Below the pieces are notes generated by a model, which worked only from the letters and a program-made list of their open reading frames with translations, had not been told where the DNA came from and did not search any database. Of a stretch of 64,000 bases of DNA, positions 12,853-27,369 are shown piece by piece. Origin of the DNA: Eledone cirrhosa (taxonomy: Eukaryota); contig OZ024741.1 in the NCBI GenBank assembly GCA_964016885.1, positions 64,852,001-64,916,000 on the forward strand. The letters are read 5' to 3'. Numbering within the stretch: position 1 is the stretch's first letter; the number at the start of each line of letters is the position of its first letter. Position numbers and translations under genes: made by a program.

Positions 12853-12962
12853 AAAAACAAATAACGAAACGAAATTAAATTTGTACACTTTAACTTAATT
12901 ATATATATATATAATGTACACTTTAACTTAATTATATATATATGTACACTTTAACTTAATTA
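12853..12962. repeat. Micro-insert copy 3 (three reiterations)
   Basis: Direct match to copies 1 and 2. Confidence 0.8.
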
Positions 12963-13059
12963 TATATATATATATATATAAATATATATATATAAAAATA
13001 TATATAAATATATATAAATATATATATATATAAAAATATATATATAAAAATATATATAA

Positions 13060-13117
<58 letters not shown>

Positions 13118-13119
<2 letters not shown>

Positions 13120-14790
13120 ATGAAATTAGAACAGACTCGGCTGCTGGACCTGATGGATTCCCAGCAGTTCTCCTAAAAATATGTAAGCGGGCCTTAGCAA
13201 CTCCACTGAAGATGCTCTTCAGAAGCTCCTTGGCTAGCGGTGTACTACCCAGGGAGCTGAAAGAAGGCACAATATGCCCTATCCATAAAGGAGGTAGTAG
13301 AGCGGAGGCCAAGAACTATAGGCCAGTCTCCCTGACGTCGCATATCAGTAAGGTCATGGAGCGAGTCATCAGAAAGAAACTAATCACTTTCCTCGAAGAA
13401 AATGACCGCCTGACTAGCACGCAACATGGCTTCCGCCCAGGAAGAAGCTGCCTTACACAGCTGCTACATCACTACGACTGGGTACTGAGACAGCTACTAG
13501 ACAGCTCACATGTAGACGTGATATATCTTGACTTTGCGAAGGCCTTTGACAAGGTCGACCACGGAATGATATGTCACAAACTACACGGACTCGGCATAAC
13601 TGGAAAAGTAGGTGAGTGGCTGCATGGCTTCCTGAGGGACAGAAGCCAGGCAGTCGCAGCAAATGGGGCCCTCTCGAGGGAAACACCGATAACAAGTGGG
13701 GTGCCTCAGGGGACAGTCCTGGGACCACTACTGTTTTTGGTGGCTCTCTCGGACATGCCCTCTGTGGTGCATGCAACAACATCCCTCACTAGCTATGCTG
13801 ATGACACTAAGGTAGCACAGGCAATCAAAAACCCGGCTGACGCTGCCCTCTTACAGCAGGATCTGGATGCCATATACAGATGGGCGGAAGAAAACAACAT
13901 GCAGTTTAATGCTGGCAAATTTCAAGCCCTACAATACAAACCTGCAAACACAAACACAAATATAGCGGAACACAGCTACACAGGACCAGGAGGGACCGAT
14001 ATCCCCGTGTCAAAATCGATACGAGACCTGGGCATAGACATGAGCGATGATGCATCTTTTTCTTCACACATCATGAAGGTGGCGACAGCATGTAGACGAT
14101 TCGCTGGCTGGATCTTGAGGACTTTCCTTACAAGAGATCGAGACACCATGTTGACACTGTGGAAGACTTTTGTCCTAAGCCGCCTGGACTACTGCTCCCA
14201 GCTGTGGTCACCCCATAGTGTCAAACTAACCACAGAGCTTGAGGCAATCCAGCGAAGCTACACCAAGAGGATTGCCAAGATGAGGGAGACAAGCTACTGG
14301 GAGAGGCTGAAGGAACTGAACCTCTACTCCTTGGAGCGAAGACGGGAGAGATACGCAGTGATCTACATGTGGAAAATCCTGGAGAGACTAGCACCAAACT
14401 TTGGCATTGGGAGCTGGACCAACCGTCGAACAGGACGTCACTGTGTGGTGCCAAAGGTCCCGTCTTCCACATCTAGAATAAGGAGCAGGTATTGCAATAG
14501 CCTGGGATTCAAGGGCCCTCAACTCTTCAACAGGCTGCCGAGGCATCTGCGAGACTTGCATGACGTGGAGGTGGATGTCTTTAAGAAACATCTCGACACC
14601 TTGTTATCCAGGATCCCGGATGAGCCCACAGCAAGACACGAGGGAAACCTAAGGGCAGCAGCAACAAACTCCCTCCTACACCAGTGGCCAACCTATACAG
14701 GCTGGAGATAAAATGTGTAGCAACAAGGGCGGTGCCCCAGCATGGCCTCAGCCGGATGGCTGAAACAGGTAAAAGAGTAAAAGAGTAATA
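13118..14790 (+). mobile_element. 5'-truncated CR1-like LINE (family 1) with (GTAAAAGA)n tail
   Basis: RT ORF, short 3' UTR with a hairpin, tandem-repeat tail, TA flanks. Confidence 0.92.
13212..14711 (+). CDS. Non-LTR RT (CR1-like ORF2, C-terminal part)
   Basis: [62 protein letters not shown]. Confidence 0.93.
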   Translation: MLFRSSLASGVLPRELKEGTICPIHKGGSRAEAKNYRPVSLTSHISKVMERVIRKKLITFLEENDRLTSTQHGFRPGRSCLTQLLHHYDWVLRQLLDSSHVDVIYLDFAKAFDKVDHGMICHKLHGLGITGKVGEWLHGFLRDRSQAVAANGALSRETPITSGVPQGTVLGPLLFLVALSDMPSVVHATTSLTSYADDTKVAQAIKNPADAALLQQDLDAIYRWAEENNMQFNAGKFQALQYKPANTNTNIAEHSYTGPGGTDIPVSKSIRDLGIDMSDDASFSSHIMKVATACRRFAGWILRTFLTRDRDTMLTLWKTFVLSRLDYCSQLWSPHSVKLTTELEAIQRSYTKRIAKMRETSYWERLKELNLYSLERRRERYAVIYMWKILERLAPNFGIGSWTNRRTGRHCVVPKVPSSTSRIRSRYCNSLGFKGPQLFNRLPRHLRDLHDVEVDVFKKHLDTLLSRIPDEPTARHEGNLRAAATNSLLHQWPTYTGWR

Positions 14791-14859
14791 TAAATATATA
14801 TAAATATATATATATATATAAATATATATATACATAAATATAAATATAAATATATAAAT

Positions 14860-14904
<45 letters not shown>

Positions 14905-14921
14905 TAAATAAATATATAAAT

Positions 14922-14952
<31 letters not shown>

Positions 14953-14975
14953 AATATATATAAATATATAAATAT

Positions 14976-15024
<49 letters not shown>

Positions 15025-15080
15025 AATATATATATATATAAATATATATATATATAAATAAATATATATATATATAAATA

Positions 15081-15243
<163 letters not shown>

Positions 15244-15250
15244 TATATAA

Positions 15251-15356
<106 letters not shown>

Positions 15357-15423
15357 AATATATATATAAATATATATATATAAATATATATATATAAATA
15401 TATAAATATATATATATATAAAT

Positions 15424-15458
<35 letters not shown>

Positions 15459-15525
15459 AAAATATATATATATAAAAATATATATATATATAAATATATA
15501 TATATATAATATATATAAATATATA

Positions 15526-17683
15526 AGAAGGTAGCTTGGAAGTGTCACTATGAAAGGCTTCTAAATGAGGAGAATAATTGGGAGAAAGGCAGTCTCCCCC
15601 ATATCGACCCAATAGAGGGACCAGCAGTGTTAGTCGAGGGGAGTATAATAAGTAAGGCAATCAAGGATATGAAGACTGGTAAGGCGGCTGGGCCTTCGGA
15701 AATAGTTGCTGAGATGCTGAAGGCATCTGGCACGGTGGGACACACCATGGTCACCCGCATAGTTAACCAAGTCGTACAGAACGGGGTTGTTCCGAAGGAC
15801 TGGCATAGCAGCATCATCGTTAACTGTTATAAGGGTAAAGGAGACGCCCTAGATAGGAGTAACTATAGAGGCATTAAATTAATCGACCAGGTCATGAAGG
15901 TCACGGAAAGAGTAATAGCGCAACTAATCAGAGAGAGAATTGACCTAGATGAAATGCAGTTCGGGTTTGTGTCAGGCAAAAGTACCACAGACGCTCTTTT
16001 CATAGTACGACAACTACAGGAGAAGTACCTAGCTAAAGGTAAACCCCTCTACTTAGCTTTTGTCGACTTGGAGAAAGCCTTCGACAGAGTCCCCCGCTCC
16101 ATTATCTGGTGGGCTCTTAGAAAACTAGGCGTTGACGAATGGCTTGTGAGGGCTATACAAGCCATGTATAAAGAAACAGTCAGCAAGGTTAGAATTAACA
16201 ACGAATATAGTGAAGAGTTTAGCGTAAAAGTCGGCGTCCATCAGGGCTCTGTTCTCAGTCCACTACTATTTATTATTGCCCTTCAGGCTATAACAGAGGA
16301 GTTCAAGACAGGCTGCCCATGGGAACTCCTATACGCAGACGACCTGACACTCATAGCGGAATCAATGGCCGAGCTAGAGAAGAAATTCCAAACATGGAAG
16401 CACGGCCTAGAGTCAAAAGGACTTAAAATTAACCTGGCTAAGACCAAAGTACTAGTTTGTAGGAAAGAAAACAAGGCGGCGGTCCCTTCTGGGAAATGGT
16501 CGTGCTCGGTGTGTAGGAAAGGCGTAGGTAGAAACTCCATTTTATGTCCTAAATGCAAAGTATGGGTGCATAAAAGATGTAGTGGGATCACAGGTAAGCT
16601 AACTAAGAACATAGATTTTACATGTGGCCGGTGCTCTGGTGCAATAAGTAGCAGCAAGTGCCCACAAACTACTAGCTCTTTCAATTGCGCAGAGGGTTCT
16701 ATAGAAATAGTGGACAGCTTCCGTTACCTGGGCGATAAAATCAGCAGTGGGGGAGGGTGCTCTGAAAGTACTGTAGCTAGAGTCAGAACTGGTTGGAAAA
16801 AGTTCAGAGAGCTTATACCACTATTAGCTGCTAAAGGGTTCTCACTAAAAATGAAAGGCAGGTTGTACGATGCCTGCATACGAACAGCAATGCTGCATGG
16901 CAGTGAGACCTGGGCATTGTGTGCAGAGGATATACGCAGACTAGAGAGGAACGAAGCTTGCATGCTCCGCTGGATGTGTAACAGTAATATACGTGAACGG
17001 CAAAGCATAAACGAACTAAGGAATAAATTAGAGATAAGAGGGATCAGATGTTGTTTACTCGAGAGAAGGCTACGTTGGTATGGACACGTGATGCGCATGA
17101 AAGTCGATAGCTGTATAACAAAGTGCAGGGCAATAAAGATAGACGGTAGTCACGGAATAGGCAGACCTAGAAAAACCTGGGACGAGCTGATAAACTCCGA
17201 CATCACACACTTACACCTCTCCAAGACAATGTCACTGGACCGAGACCTTTGGCGGTACTCAGTAACAGAGAAGACCCGCCTTACCTAAATATATAGTAAA
17301 ACCTACTCCAGCCAGTAGGCATCTCTAACAAAATACACCCCGTCCCACCACCCCCACCCCCACCCGATCCACACCACCCCGTTCTATGTAAAGTTATGTT
17401 GGTGCCGCGCCATCGAGGCCGAAACAAATGAGATCGTGTAGGTGTCACGACAAAAAAACACACAGTCCACGCTGTAATGTGGCCGTGTAGGCAACACGGT
17501 AAAAACCTCCCAGACCCACACTGTAAATGTGGTTGGTGTTAGGAAGGGCATCCAACTGTAGAAAACCTGCCAGACAGTCCTATGCGAGCAAGACAATCAC
17601 TCTTGCCTCAAGTGGGACTACCCCCGTCCAAACCCATGCAAGCGTGGAACACGGACGTTAAACGTTGATGATGATGATGATGA
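15526..17683 (+). mobile_element. 5'-truncated RTE-clade LINE with (GAT)n tail
   Basis: RT ORF followed by a ~400-nt 3' UTR ending in (GAT)n. Confidence 0.93.
15627..17288 (+). CDS. RTE RT with embedded PHD-type zinc finger
   Basis: NYRGIKL, QFGF, FVDLEKAFDRV, GVHQGSVLSP, YADD, then CSVC..CPKC....H..C..CGRC, then [27 protein letters not shown]. Confidence 0.93.
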   Translation: MLVEGSIISKAIKDMKTGKAAGPSEIVAEMLKASGTVGHTMVTRIVNQVVQNGVVPKDWHSSIIVNCYKGKGDALDRSNYRGIKLIDQVMKVTERVIAQLIRERIDLDEMQFGFVSGKSTTDALFIVRQLQEKYLAKGKPLYLAFVDLEKAFDRVPRSIIWWALRKLGVDEWLVRAIQAMYKETVSKVRINNEYSEEFSVKVGVHQGSVLSPLLFIIALQAITEEFKTGCPWELLYADDLTLIAESMAELEKKFQTWKHGLESKGLKINLAKTKVLVCRKENKAAVPSGKWSCSVCRKGVGRNSILCPKCKVWVHKRCSGITGKLTKNIDFTCGRCSGAISSSKCPQTTSSFNCAEGSIEIVDSFRYLGDKISSGGGCSESTVARVRTGWKKFRELIPLLAAKGFSLKMKGRLYDACIRTAMLHGSETWALCAEDIRRLERNEACMLRWMCNSNIRERQSINELRNKLEIRGIRCCLLERRLRWYGHVMRMKVDSCITKCRAIKIDGSHGIGRPRKTWDELINSDITHLHLSKTMSLDRDLWRYSVTEKTRLT

Positions 17684-17699
17684 TATATATATATATTTA

Positions 17700-17847
<148 letters not shown>

Positions 17848-17910
17848 TATATATATATATAAATAAATATATATATATATATATATAAATAAATATATAT
17901 ATATATATAA

Positions 17911-18051
<141 letters not shown>

Positions 18052-18102
18052 AATATATATAAATATATATATATATATATAAATATATATAAATATATAT
18101 AA

Positions 18103-18153
<51 letters not shown>

Positions 18154-18170
18154 TATATAAATATATATAA

Positions 18171-18307
<137 letters not shown>

Positions 18308-18343
18308 TATATATATATAAATATATAAATATATAAATATATA

Positions 18344-18411
<68 letters not shown>

Positions 18412-18442
18412 AATATATATATATAAATATATATAAATATAA

Positions 18443-18477
<35 letters not shown>

Positions 18478-18511
18478 AATATATATATATAAAAAATATA
18501 TATATATATAA

Positions 18512-18644
<133 letters not shown>

Positions 18645-18669
18645 TATATAAATATATATATATATAAAT

Positions 18670-18743
<74 letters not shown>

Positions 18744-18753
18744 GAATATATAT

Positions 18754-18806
<53 letters not shown>

Positions 18807-18810
18807 AATA

Positions 18811-19102
18811 TATGGAAAGTCATATTTAAATTGTTGGGTTAACAACGAGTAAGTATTTATAACTGATATAAAAGCACTCAACAAGTATTTGGAGTATATT
18901 TATGATATTAAATAAATGGAAACTATATTTATAAAACCATATTTATTTCGTTATATATATTTCAGGGATATCATATTAACAATATGTTATGCCTTCTTCA
19001 GACAAAATACAATATAAACAGTCTTATAAATAAATAGATACGACATACCTTTCAATCACCTTGCATTTGGGAGGTTGATTTGGCATATATAAATATTGGC
19101 AT
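18811..19102 (-). mobile_element. PLE pLTR family A with 3' tail extension
   Basis: Matches 81-210 and the reverse complement of 26310-26432. Its left end matches 23208-23235. Confidence 0.8.
18944..19009 (-). ncRNA. Hammerhead motif, family A
   Basis: TATTTTGT CTGAAGA agg..CATATT-GTT-AATATG..cct GAAA TATATA TA ACGAAATA. Confidence 0.75.
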
Positions 19103-19103
19103 T

Positions 19104-19253
<150 letters not shown>

Positions 19254-19470
19254 ATTATATATATATAAATATATATATAAATATAAATATATATAAATAT
19301 ATAAATATATATAAATATAAATATATATATATATAAATATAAATATATATAAATATAAATATATAAATATATAAATATATATATATATATATATACATAT
19401 AAATATATATATATATATAAATATATATATATATAAATATATATATATATAAATATATATATATATAAAT

Positions 19471-19547
<77 letters not shown>

Positions 19548-19568
19548 AAAATATATATATATATATAC

Positions 19569-19710
<142 letters not shown>

Positions 19711-19738
19711 AATATATATATAAATATATATATATATA

Positions 19739-20281
19739 TTCAGTAATAGAGAAGACCCGCCTTACCTAAATACAAAGTAAAAACCTACTACAGTCAGTAG
19801 GCATCTCTATCAAAACACACCCCCGTCCCACCACCTCCACCCCACCCACACCGGCCCTTTCAATGTAAAGTTATGTTGGTCCCACAACATCCAGGCCGAA
19901 ACAAATGAGATCGTGTAGGTTTCACGACAAAAAACACACAGTCCACGCTGTAAATGTGGCCGTTTAGGCAACACGGTAAAAACCTCCCAGCCCCACACTG
20001 TAAATGTGGTTGGTGTTAGGAAGGGCATCCAGCTGTAGAAAACCCGCCAGACAGTCCACGCTGTAATGTGGCCGTGTAGGCAACACGGTAAAAACCTCCC
20101 AGCCCCACACTGTAAATGTGGTTGGTGTTAGGAAGGGCATCCAACTGTAGAAAACCCGCCAGACAGTCCTATGCGAGCAAGACAAACACTCTTGCCTCAA
20201 GTGGGAAAACCCCCGTCCAAACCCATGCAAGTGTGGAACACGGACGCTAAACCTGATGATGATGATGATGATGATGATGAT
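19739..20281 (+). mobile_element. RTE 3' UTR fragment with ~115-nt internal tandem duplication
   Basis: Homologous to 17260-17683; the segment starting ACAGTCCACGCTG occurs twice. Confidence 0.88.
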
Positions 20282-20313
20282 ATACATATATATATAAATA
20301 TATATATATATAC

Positions 20314-20437
<124 letters not shown>

Positions 20438-20454
20438 AATATATATATATATAA

Positions 20455-20509
<55 letters not shown>

Positions 20510-20510
20510 A

Positions 20511-20541
<31 letters not shown>

Positions 20542-20542
20542 A

Positions 20543-20573
<31 letters not shown>

Positions 20574-20649
20574 AAAATATATATATATATATATATAAAA
20601 ATATATATATATATATATATATAAAAATATATATATATATATATATATA

Positions 20650-20723
<74 letters not shown>

Positions 20724-20749
20724 TATAAATAGATAAAAGCATTGGATAT

Positions 20750-20792
20750 GTAATCCTGATGATTTCTAATAAGAATGAAACGCGTAGATTAC
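20750..20792 (+). ncRNA. Minimal type I hammerhead, family D
   Basis: GTAATC CTGATGA T-TTCT-AATA-AGAA-T GAAA CGCG TA GATTAC. Stem I is extended by GATAAAAGCA/TGCTTTTATC. Confidence 0.92.
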
Positions 20793-20949
20793 TTCCCTTG
20801 CTTTTATCGAGAATCTCAAATTGTAATACGTGACGTATTCTATTCTATAGCGATTGGGTCTTCAAAATGTTTATTATAAACATACAGAATATTTTCGAAT
20901 ATTCTATGTTTGTCTTCACATATATATCGCTATTTCAGAGCATTAAATC

Positions 20950-21113
<164 letters not shown>

Positions 21114-21286
21114 TATATATATATATTTGGATTTAATGCTCTGAAATAGCGATATATATGTGAAGACAAACATAGAATATTCGAAAATATTCTGTATGTT
21201 TATAATAAACATTTTGAAGACCCAATCGCTATAGAATAGAATACGTCACGTATTACAATTTGAGATTCTCGATAAAAGCAAGGGAA

Positions 21287-21329
21287 GTAATCTACGCGTT
21301 TCATTCTTATTAGAAATCATCAGGATTAC
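21287..21329 (-). ncRNA. Minimal type I hammerhead, family D
   Basis: Reverse complement of 20750-20792. Confidence 0.92.
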
Positions 21330-21649
21330 ATATCCAATGCTTTTATCGAGAACGACACAGCTAGAGACTTATAGAATACTTAGCTGTGTACAGGAACTGG
21401 TTTGAAAGAGCGGTAGCCGGTCCGGCAGAAATTAGAATTTGGATTTAATGCTCTGAAATAGCGATATATATGTGAAGACAAACATAGAATATTCGAAAAT
21501 ATTCTGTATGTTTATAATAAACATTTTGAAGACCCAATCGCTATAGAATAGAATACGTCACGTATTACAATTTGAGATTCTCTGGGTCTTCAAAATGTTT
21601 ATTATAAACATACAGAATATTTTCGAATATTCTATGTTTGTCTTCACAT

Positions 21650-22052
21650 ATCATCATCATCATCATCAACGTTTAACGTCCGTGTTCCACGCTTGCATGG
21701 GTTTGGACGGGGGTAGTCCCACTTGAGGCAAGAGTGATTGTCTTGCTCGCATAGGACTGTCTGGCAGGTTTTCTACAGTTGGATGCCCTTCCTAACACCA
21801 ACCACATTTACAGTGTGGGTCTGGGAGGTTTTTACCGTGTTGCCTACACGGCCACATTACAGCGTGGACTGTGTGTTTTTTTGTCGTGACACCTACATGA
21901 TCTCATTTGTTTCGGCCTGGATGGCGCGGCACCAACATAACTTTACATAGAACGGGGTGGTGTGGATGGGGTGGGGGTGGTGGCGGGACGGGGTGTATTT
22001 TGTTAGAGATGCCTACTGGCAAGGCGGGTCTTCTCTGTTACTGAGTACCGCC
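21650..22052 (-). mobile_element. RTE 3' fragment
   Basis: Reverse complement of the RTE 3' UTR with a (CAT)n tail and a small internal deletion near 22020. Confidence 0.9.
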
Positions 22053-22155
<103 letters not shown>

Positions 22156-22186
22156 AATATATATATAAATATATATATATATATAA

Positions 22187-22377
<191 letters not shown>

Positions 22378-22388
22378 AATTTATATAT

Positions 22389-22437
<49 letters not shown>

Positions 22438-22478
22438 AATATATATATATATAAATATAAATATATATATATATAAAT

Positions 22479-22529
<51 letters not shown>

Positions 22530-22576
22530 TATATATATATAAATATATATATATATAAATATATATATATATAAAT

Positions 22577-22629
<53 letters not shown>

Positions 22630-22645
22630 AACATATATATATATA

Positions 22646-22721
<76 letters not shown>

Positions 22722-22889
22722 AATATATATATATATAAATATATATATATATAAATATATATATATAAATATAAATATATATATATATAAATATATATAT
22801 ATATAAATATATATATATAAATATAAATATATATATATATAAATATATATATAAATATATATATATATATAAATATATAAATATATATA

Positions 22890-22979
<90 letters not shown>

Positions 22980-22988
22980 TATATATAT

Positions 22989-23027
<39 letters not shown>

Positions 23028-23033
23028 TAAATA

Positions 23034-23110
<77 letters not shown>

Positions 23111-23383
23111 ATATATATATATAAATATATATATATATAAATATATATATATATAGATGATGATGATGATGATATATATATATATATATATATAAATATA
23201 TATATATGGAAAGTTATATTTAAATTGTTGGGTTAAAAAATTCTGTAATTTGTTTTCTTTTTCTATTTAGTTCAGAGTTATTATTATCAATAAGTAAAAG
23301 CATGTCATCTCTATATAAACCTCCGGTAGTACCAGGTAATTTCCTATGCAGCGAATTGATTAAAAATAAGCCCACAAGGTCAG

Positions 23384-25045
23384 ATCACAAAAGGAATTTT
23401 GAAAATGACTTGCCAGTTAGATTGATCACACCATCAAAATCGGACCTAGGTAAATTAAGCAAAAACATTCTTGACAGGGTGATACAGCAAATTAAAAACT
23501 TGGATTGTTTACCTAACCTGAGCTTGTGGAAGGGAACTGGAGAGGTTGTTGAGTGGTTTAAGCAAATTAAATATAACAATAATAATAAGTTTATTCAACT
23601 TGATATTGCTAACTATTATTCTTCTATTACCCCTAATCTACTAAATAAGGCACTAAATTACGCATTCAAACATACAGACCTAACTAGCAATGAAATGCAC
23701 ATTATATTATCGGCTAGGAAAACATTGATAGAATTTAATGACCAACTATGGACCAGAGCAGATAGAGATAGCAATTTTGACATTACTATGGGATCATCCG
23801 ACTCAGCTCAGGTAACTGACCTTGTGGGCTTATTTTTAATCAATTCGCTGCATAGGAAATTACCTGGTACTACCGGAGGTTTATATAGAGATGACATGCT
23901 TTTACTTATTGATAATAATAACTCTGAACTAAATAGAAAAAGAAAACAAATTACACAATTTTTTTATTACTTTAATCTAAAAATAGAAATTGAGAATAAC
24001 CATAGAATAGTCAATTTCCTAGATATAACATTAAATCTCAACACATGTCTTCACTATCCATTTCACAAGTTGAATGAAAACTTAAACTATGTCAACTTTA
24101 ACTCTAACCACCCCAGATCTGTTAAAATACTATAGTAAACTCTGTTCAAAAACGTATCTCTAGAATCTCGTCTAATAGAAAGATTTTCGACGAAAAAGCC
24201 CAGTACTACAATGAAGCGTTAGCTAGAGCAGGATATAGTGATAAAATTATGTACATAGATAATGATAGACAAATTAAACAAAATAACAACTATTTGAATT
24301 AACGGCCACAACCGTAACAACTATAATAGAAGCATTACAATAATTCCAAAAGCCAAAAAGAAATAGAACTAGGAACATAATATGGTTTGCCCCCCCCCCC
24401 TTCTCACCAAACATTAAAACCCACATCGCTAAACTATTTTTTAAAGCTCTTGATAATCGCTTCCCTAGAACACATAGGTATCACTCAATTTTCAATAGAC
24501 ATACTATAAAATTAACCTACTCATCCACCAAAAATTTAGCACAAAATATTAATAGAATAAATAATAGGAACTTAAAACCTAGCGATAATAGCATAAATAA
24601 TATACAAGTTAACAAATGTAACTGTAGAGATAGATCTAAATGTCCGTTAAATAACAACTGCTTAGTTAAAAATATAATATACAACTGTAATGTTAAAACG
24701 GACTCTAATTCTTTTAACTACGTTGGTTCCACATCGACGGAATTTAAACTTCGCTATAATAACCACAAGAATTCTTTCACAGATCCAAGCAAAAAATCTT
24801 CAACAGCACTATCAGGCGTACTCTGGCAACTGAGGCAAGATAACGTTAGATATTCGACGGCTTGGAATATAGTCTCAAGAGGGATTCCTTTTAATTCATC
24901 CTCTGAGACATGTGACCTCTGCGCGGAGGAGATATTCTTTATACTAAAATCTAAAAATTCCCTTAATCTACGGACAAATTTATTCAGTTGCTGCAAACAT
25001 AGATTGAACTCAACTTTTAAATATAAATTTAAATTTAAAATGTAG
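23384..25045 (+). pseudogene. Disrupted PLE RT-GIY-YIG
   Basis: DHKRNF, RLITPSKSDLG, QLDIANYY, FDITMGS, GLYRDD, NFLDIT; breaks near 24133 and 24300; then CNCRDRSKCPLNNNCL, NIIY..YVGST..R..H, CDLC. Confidence 0.9.
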
Positions 25046-26329
25046 TATATTTGGTTTGATTTTTAATTATTTATGAAACTAGCCGATAAATCTTTCGATT
25101 TCCTCTTTTTATTCTTCTTTTTATTTTTATTTTAAACATTCTTCATGAAAAATTAAACTACCCTAAAAAGTTGATGCTCCAAATATATCGAATAAATGTT
25201 ACACTAGATAAACTTCTATATTCAATATAAGAACATATGTAGACCAAATGGGTATCCTAAACTTTTGAATGGATTTCTGCTAGACGTGATTTGGTAAATA
25301 ATTTTTAGTTTTATCTGTTTTCGACTCTGATGCTTATAATGAACTTGGCAATATATTGTCAATTAATTTTGAAGGGTTGATCTTTGTGGTCGATTTGCGT
25401 GGCATACTATGTTTTTATTTTATTATTTTAATATTTTTTAATATTTTTAATATTTTTATTTTTAATATGTAATATTTTTTAGTTTTCTGTTTTATTTATT
25501 TATTATTATTTTTTGTTTTTGTTTCTGATATTTTTATTATATATTGAAATCTGTTCTCTATTTCTGCTTGATAGATAATCATGTAGAGTAAAGACAAGAA
25601 TAGTATTGTTAAAATTAATATAGACTCTATATATATGTGTATATATACACATATATGTATACTTAAATTTTTATAGCACAATGAGAATGTTCTCCGTGTG
25701 AAATAAGAGTTTGCAGGGTTGATCACGTAAATTCACATCGATGTTTGTAGTTATCATATAAACATATGAATTTTTAAAACTAGACATAAGATCATTACTT
25801 TTCACACATTATAGATACGTGTCTCATTCAGGAATACTGATATTTACATTATAGTGCCTGGTTTTTATACGAACTAATATTTCTACATTGAAACATAGGG
25901 TTTTTAAATTCTGCCTCGCCTATGTCTGGTTACTTTTCATTTTTTCTCTCTATATAACGGCTGGTTTCTCTCCTAACCACATATATCTCCCTTACATTAA
26001 TACTAGAGCTAAATAAATAAATAAATAAATAAACGTATCATTGATACGTCATTCAACGGATGTTCACTACCTACTTTTCTCTATATATATCTATCTCTAT
26101 CTATTTCCTCTCTCTATATATCTCTCTCTGTTTCTTTACATGAAGTTCTTCTCTTTATCTATCTTTCCATCTCTCTATTAGTTGCATGCATTTCTTCTTT
26201 TTCTTTCTTTCTTTCCTTCTTTCTTTCTTTCTTTCTGTTTACAATTTTTCACTGCCAATCAACTTTTCAAATACAAGTCGATGTTGAACGGTATGTCAAA
26301 TCTATTTATTTATAAAACTGTCTATATTG

Positions 26330-26395
26330 TATTTTGTCTGAAGAAGGCATACCATATTGTTAATATGATATCCCTGAAATATATATAATGAAATA
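26330..26395 (+). ncRNA. Hammerhead motif, family A
   Basis: TATTTTGT CTGAAGA [31 nt] GAAA TATATA TA ATGAAATA. Confidence 0.75.
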
Positions 26396-26468
26396 AATAT
26401 GGTTTTATAAATATAGTTTCCATTTATTTAATATATAAATATATATATATATATAAATATATATAAAT

Positions 26469-26505
<37 letters not shown>

Positions 26506-26508
26506 AAT

Positions 26509-26545
<37 letters not shown>

Positions 26546-26548
26546 AAT

Positions 26549-26693
<145 letters not shown>

Positions 26694-26724
26694 AATATAT
26701 ATAAATATATATATATATATAAAT

Positions 26725-26852
<128 letters not shown>

Positions 26853-26878
26853 TTATATATATATAATATATATATATT

Positions 26879-26989
<111 letters not shown>

Positions 26990-27000
26990 ATATATTTATA

Positions 27001-27053
27001 ATACGATATTAAATAAATGGAAACTATATTTATAAAACCATATTTATTTCATT
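27001..27053 (-). mobile_element. Family A pLTR 3' stub
   Basis: Matches the sequence downstream of the family A HHR cleavage site only. Confidence 0.7.
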
Positions 27054-27104
27054 GTGTATGTATGTATACGTACATACATATATGTATACAGACGTACAGT
27101 AGCA

Positions 27105-27167
<63 letters not shown>

Positions 27168-27324
27168 GCATACAGGTACACATACATATATGCACGCATC
27201 AGTTTAGCCGACGTTTATTATAACGCAGCTTGTTCGCTTGTTTGTCAACAAACCGAACAGCCTGAATTTATGCCATACGGTGTTAAGGCAACCACGTCAC
27301 CTTTTTGTTCAACACTGACACAGG

Positions 27325-27369
27325 AACGATGTACTAGTTTCAAGCTTGTTAGCTATCATCAGCACCGTT
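27325..27369 (-). ncRNA. Minimal hammerhead, family C
   Basis: Same sequence as 11338-11382. Confidence 0.88.

Larger units (their letters stand above)
23208..26432 (+). mobile_element. 5'-truncated PLE, family A (Hydra-clade-like)
   Basis: RT, CxC-x5-C-x5-C linker, GIY-YIG, long AT-rich 3' UTR and HHR-bearing pLTR. The clade name is recalled from the linker motif and was not tested phylogenetically. Confidence 0.9.

Noticed and set aside
23302-23383. N-terminus of the 277-aa ORF
   Set aside because: It is an inverted duplicate of 23816-23965, not native coding sequence.
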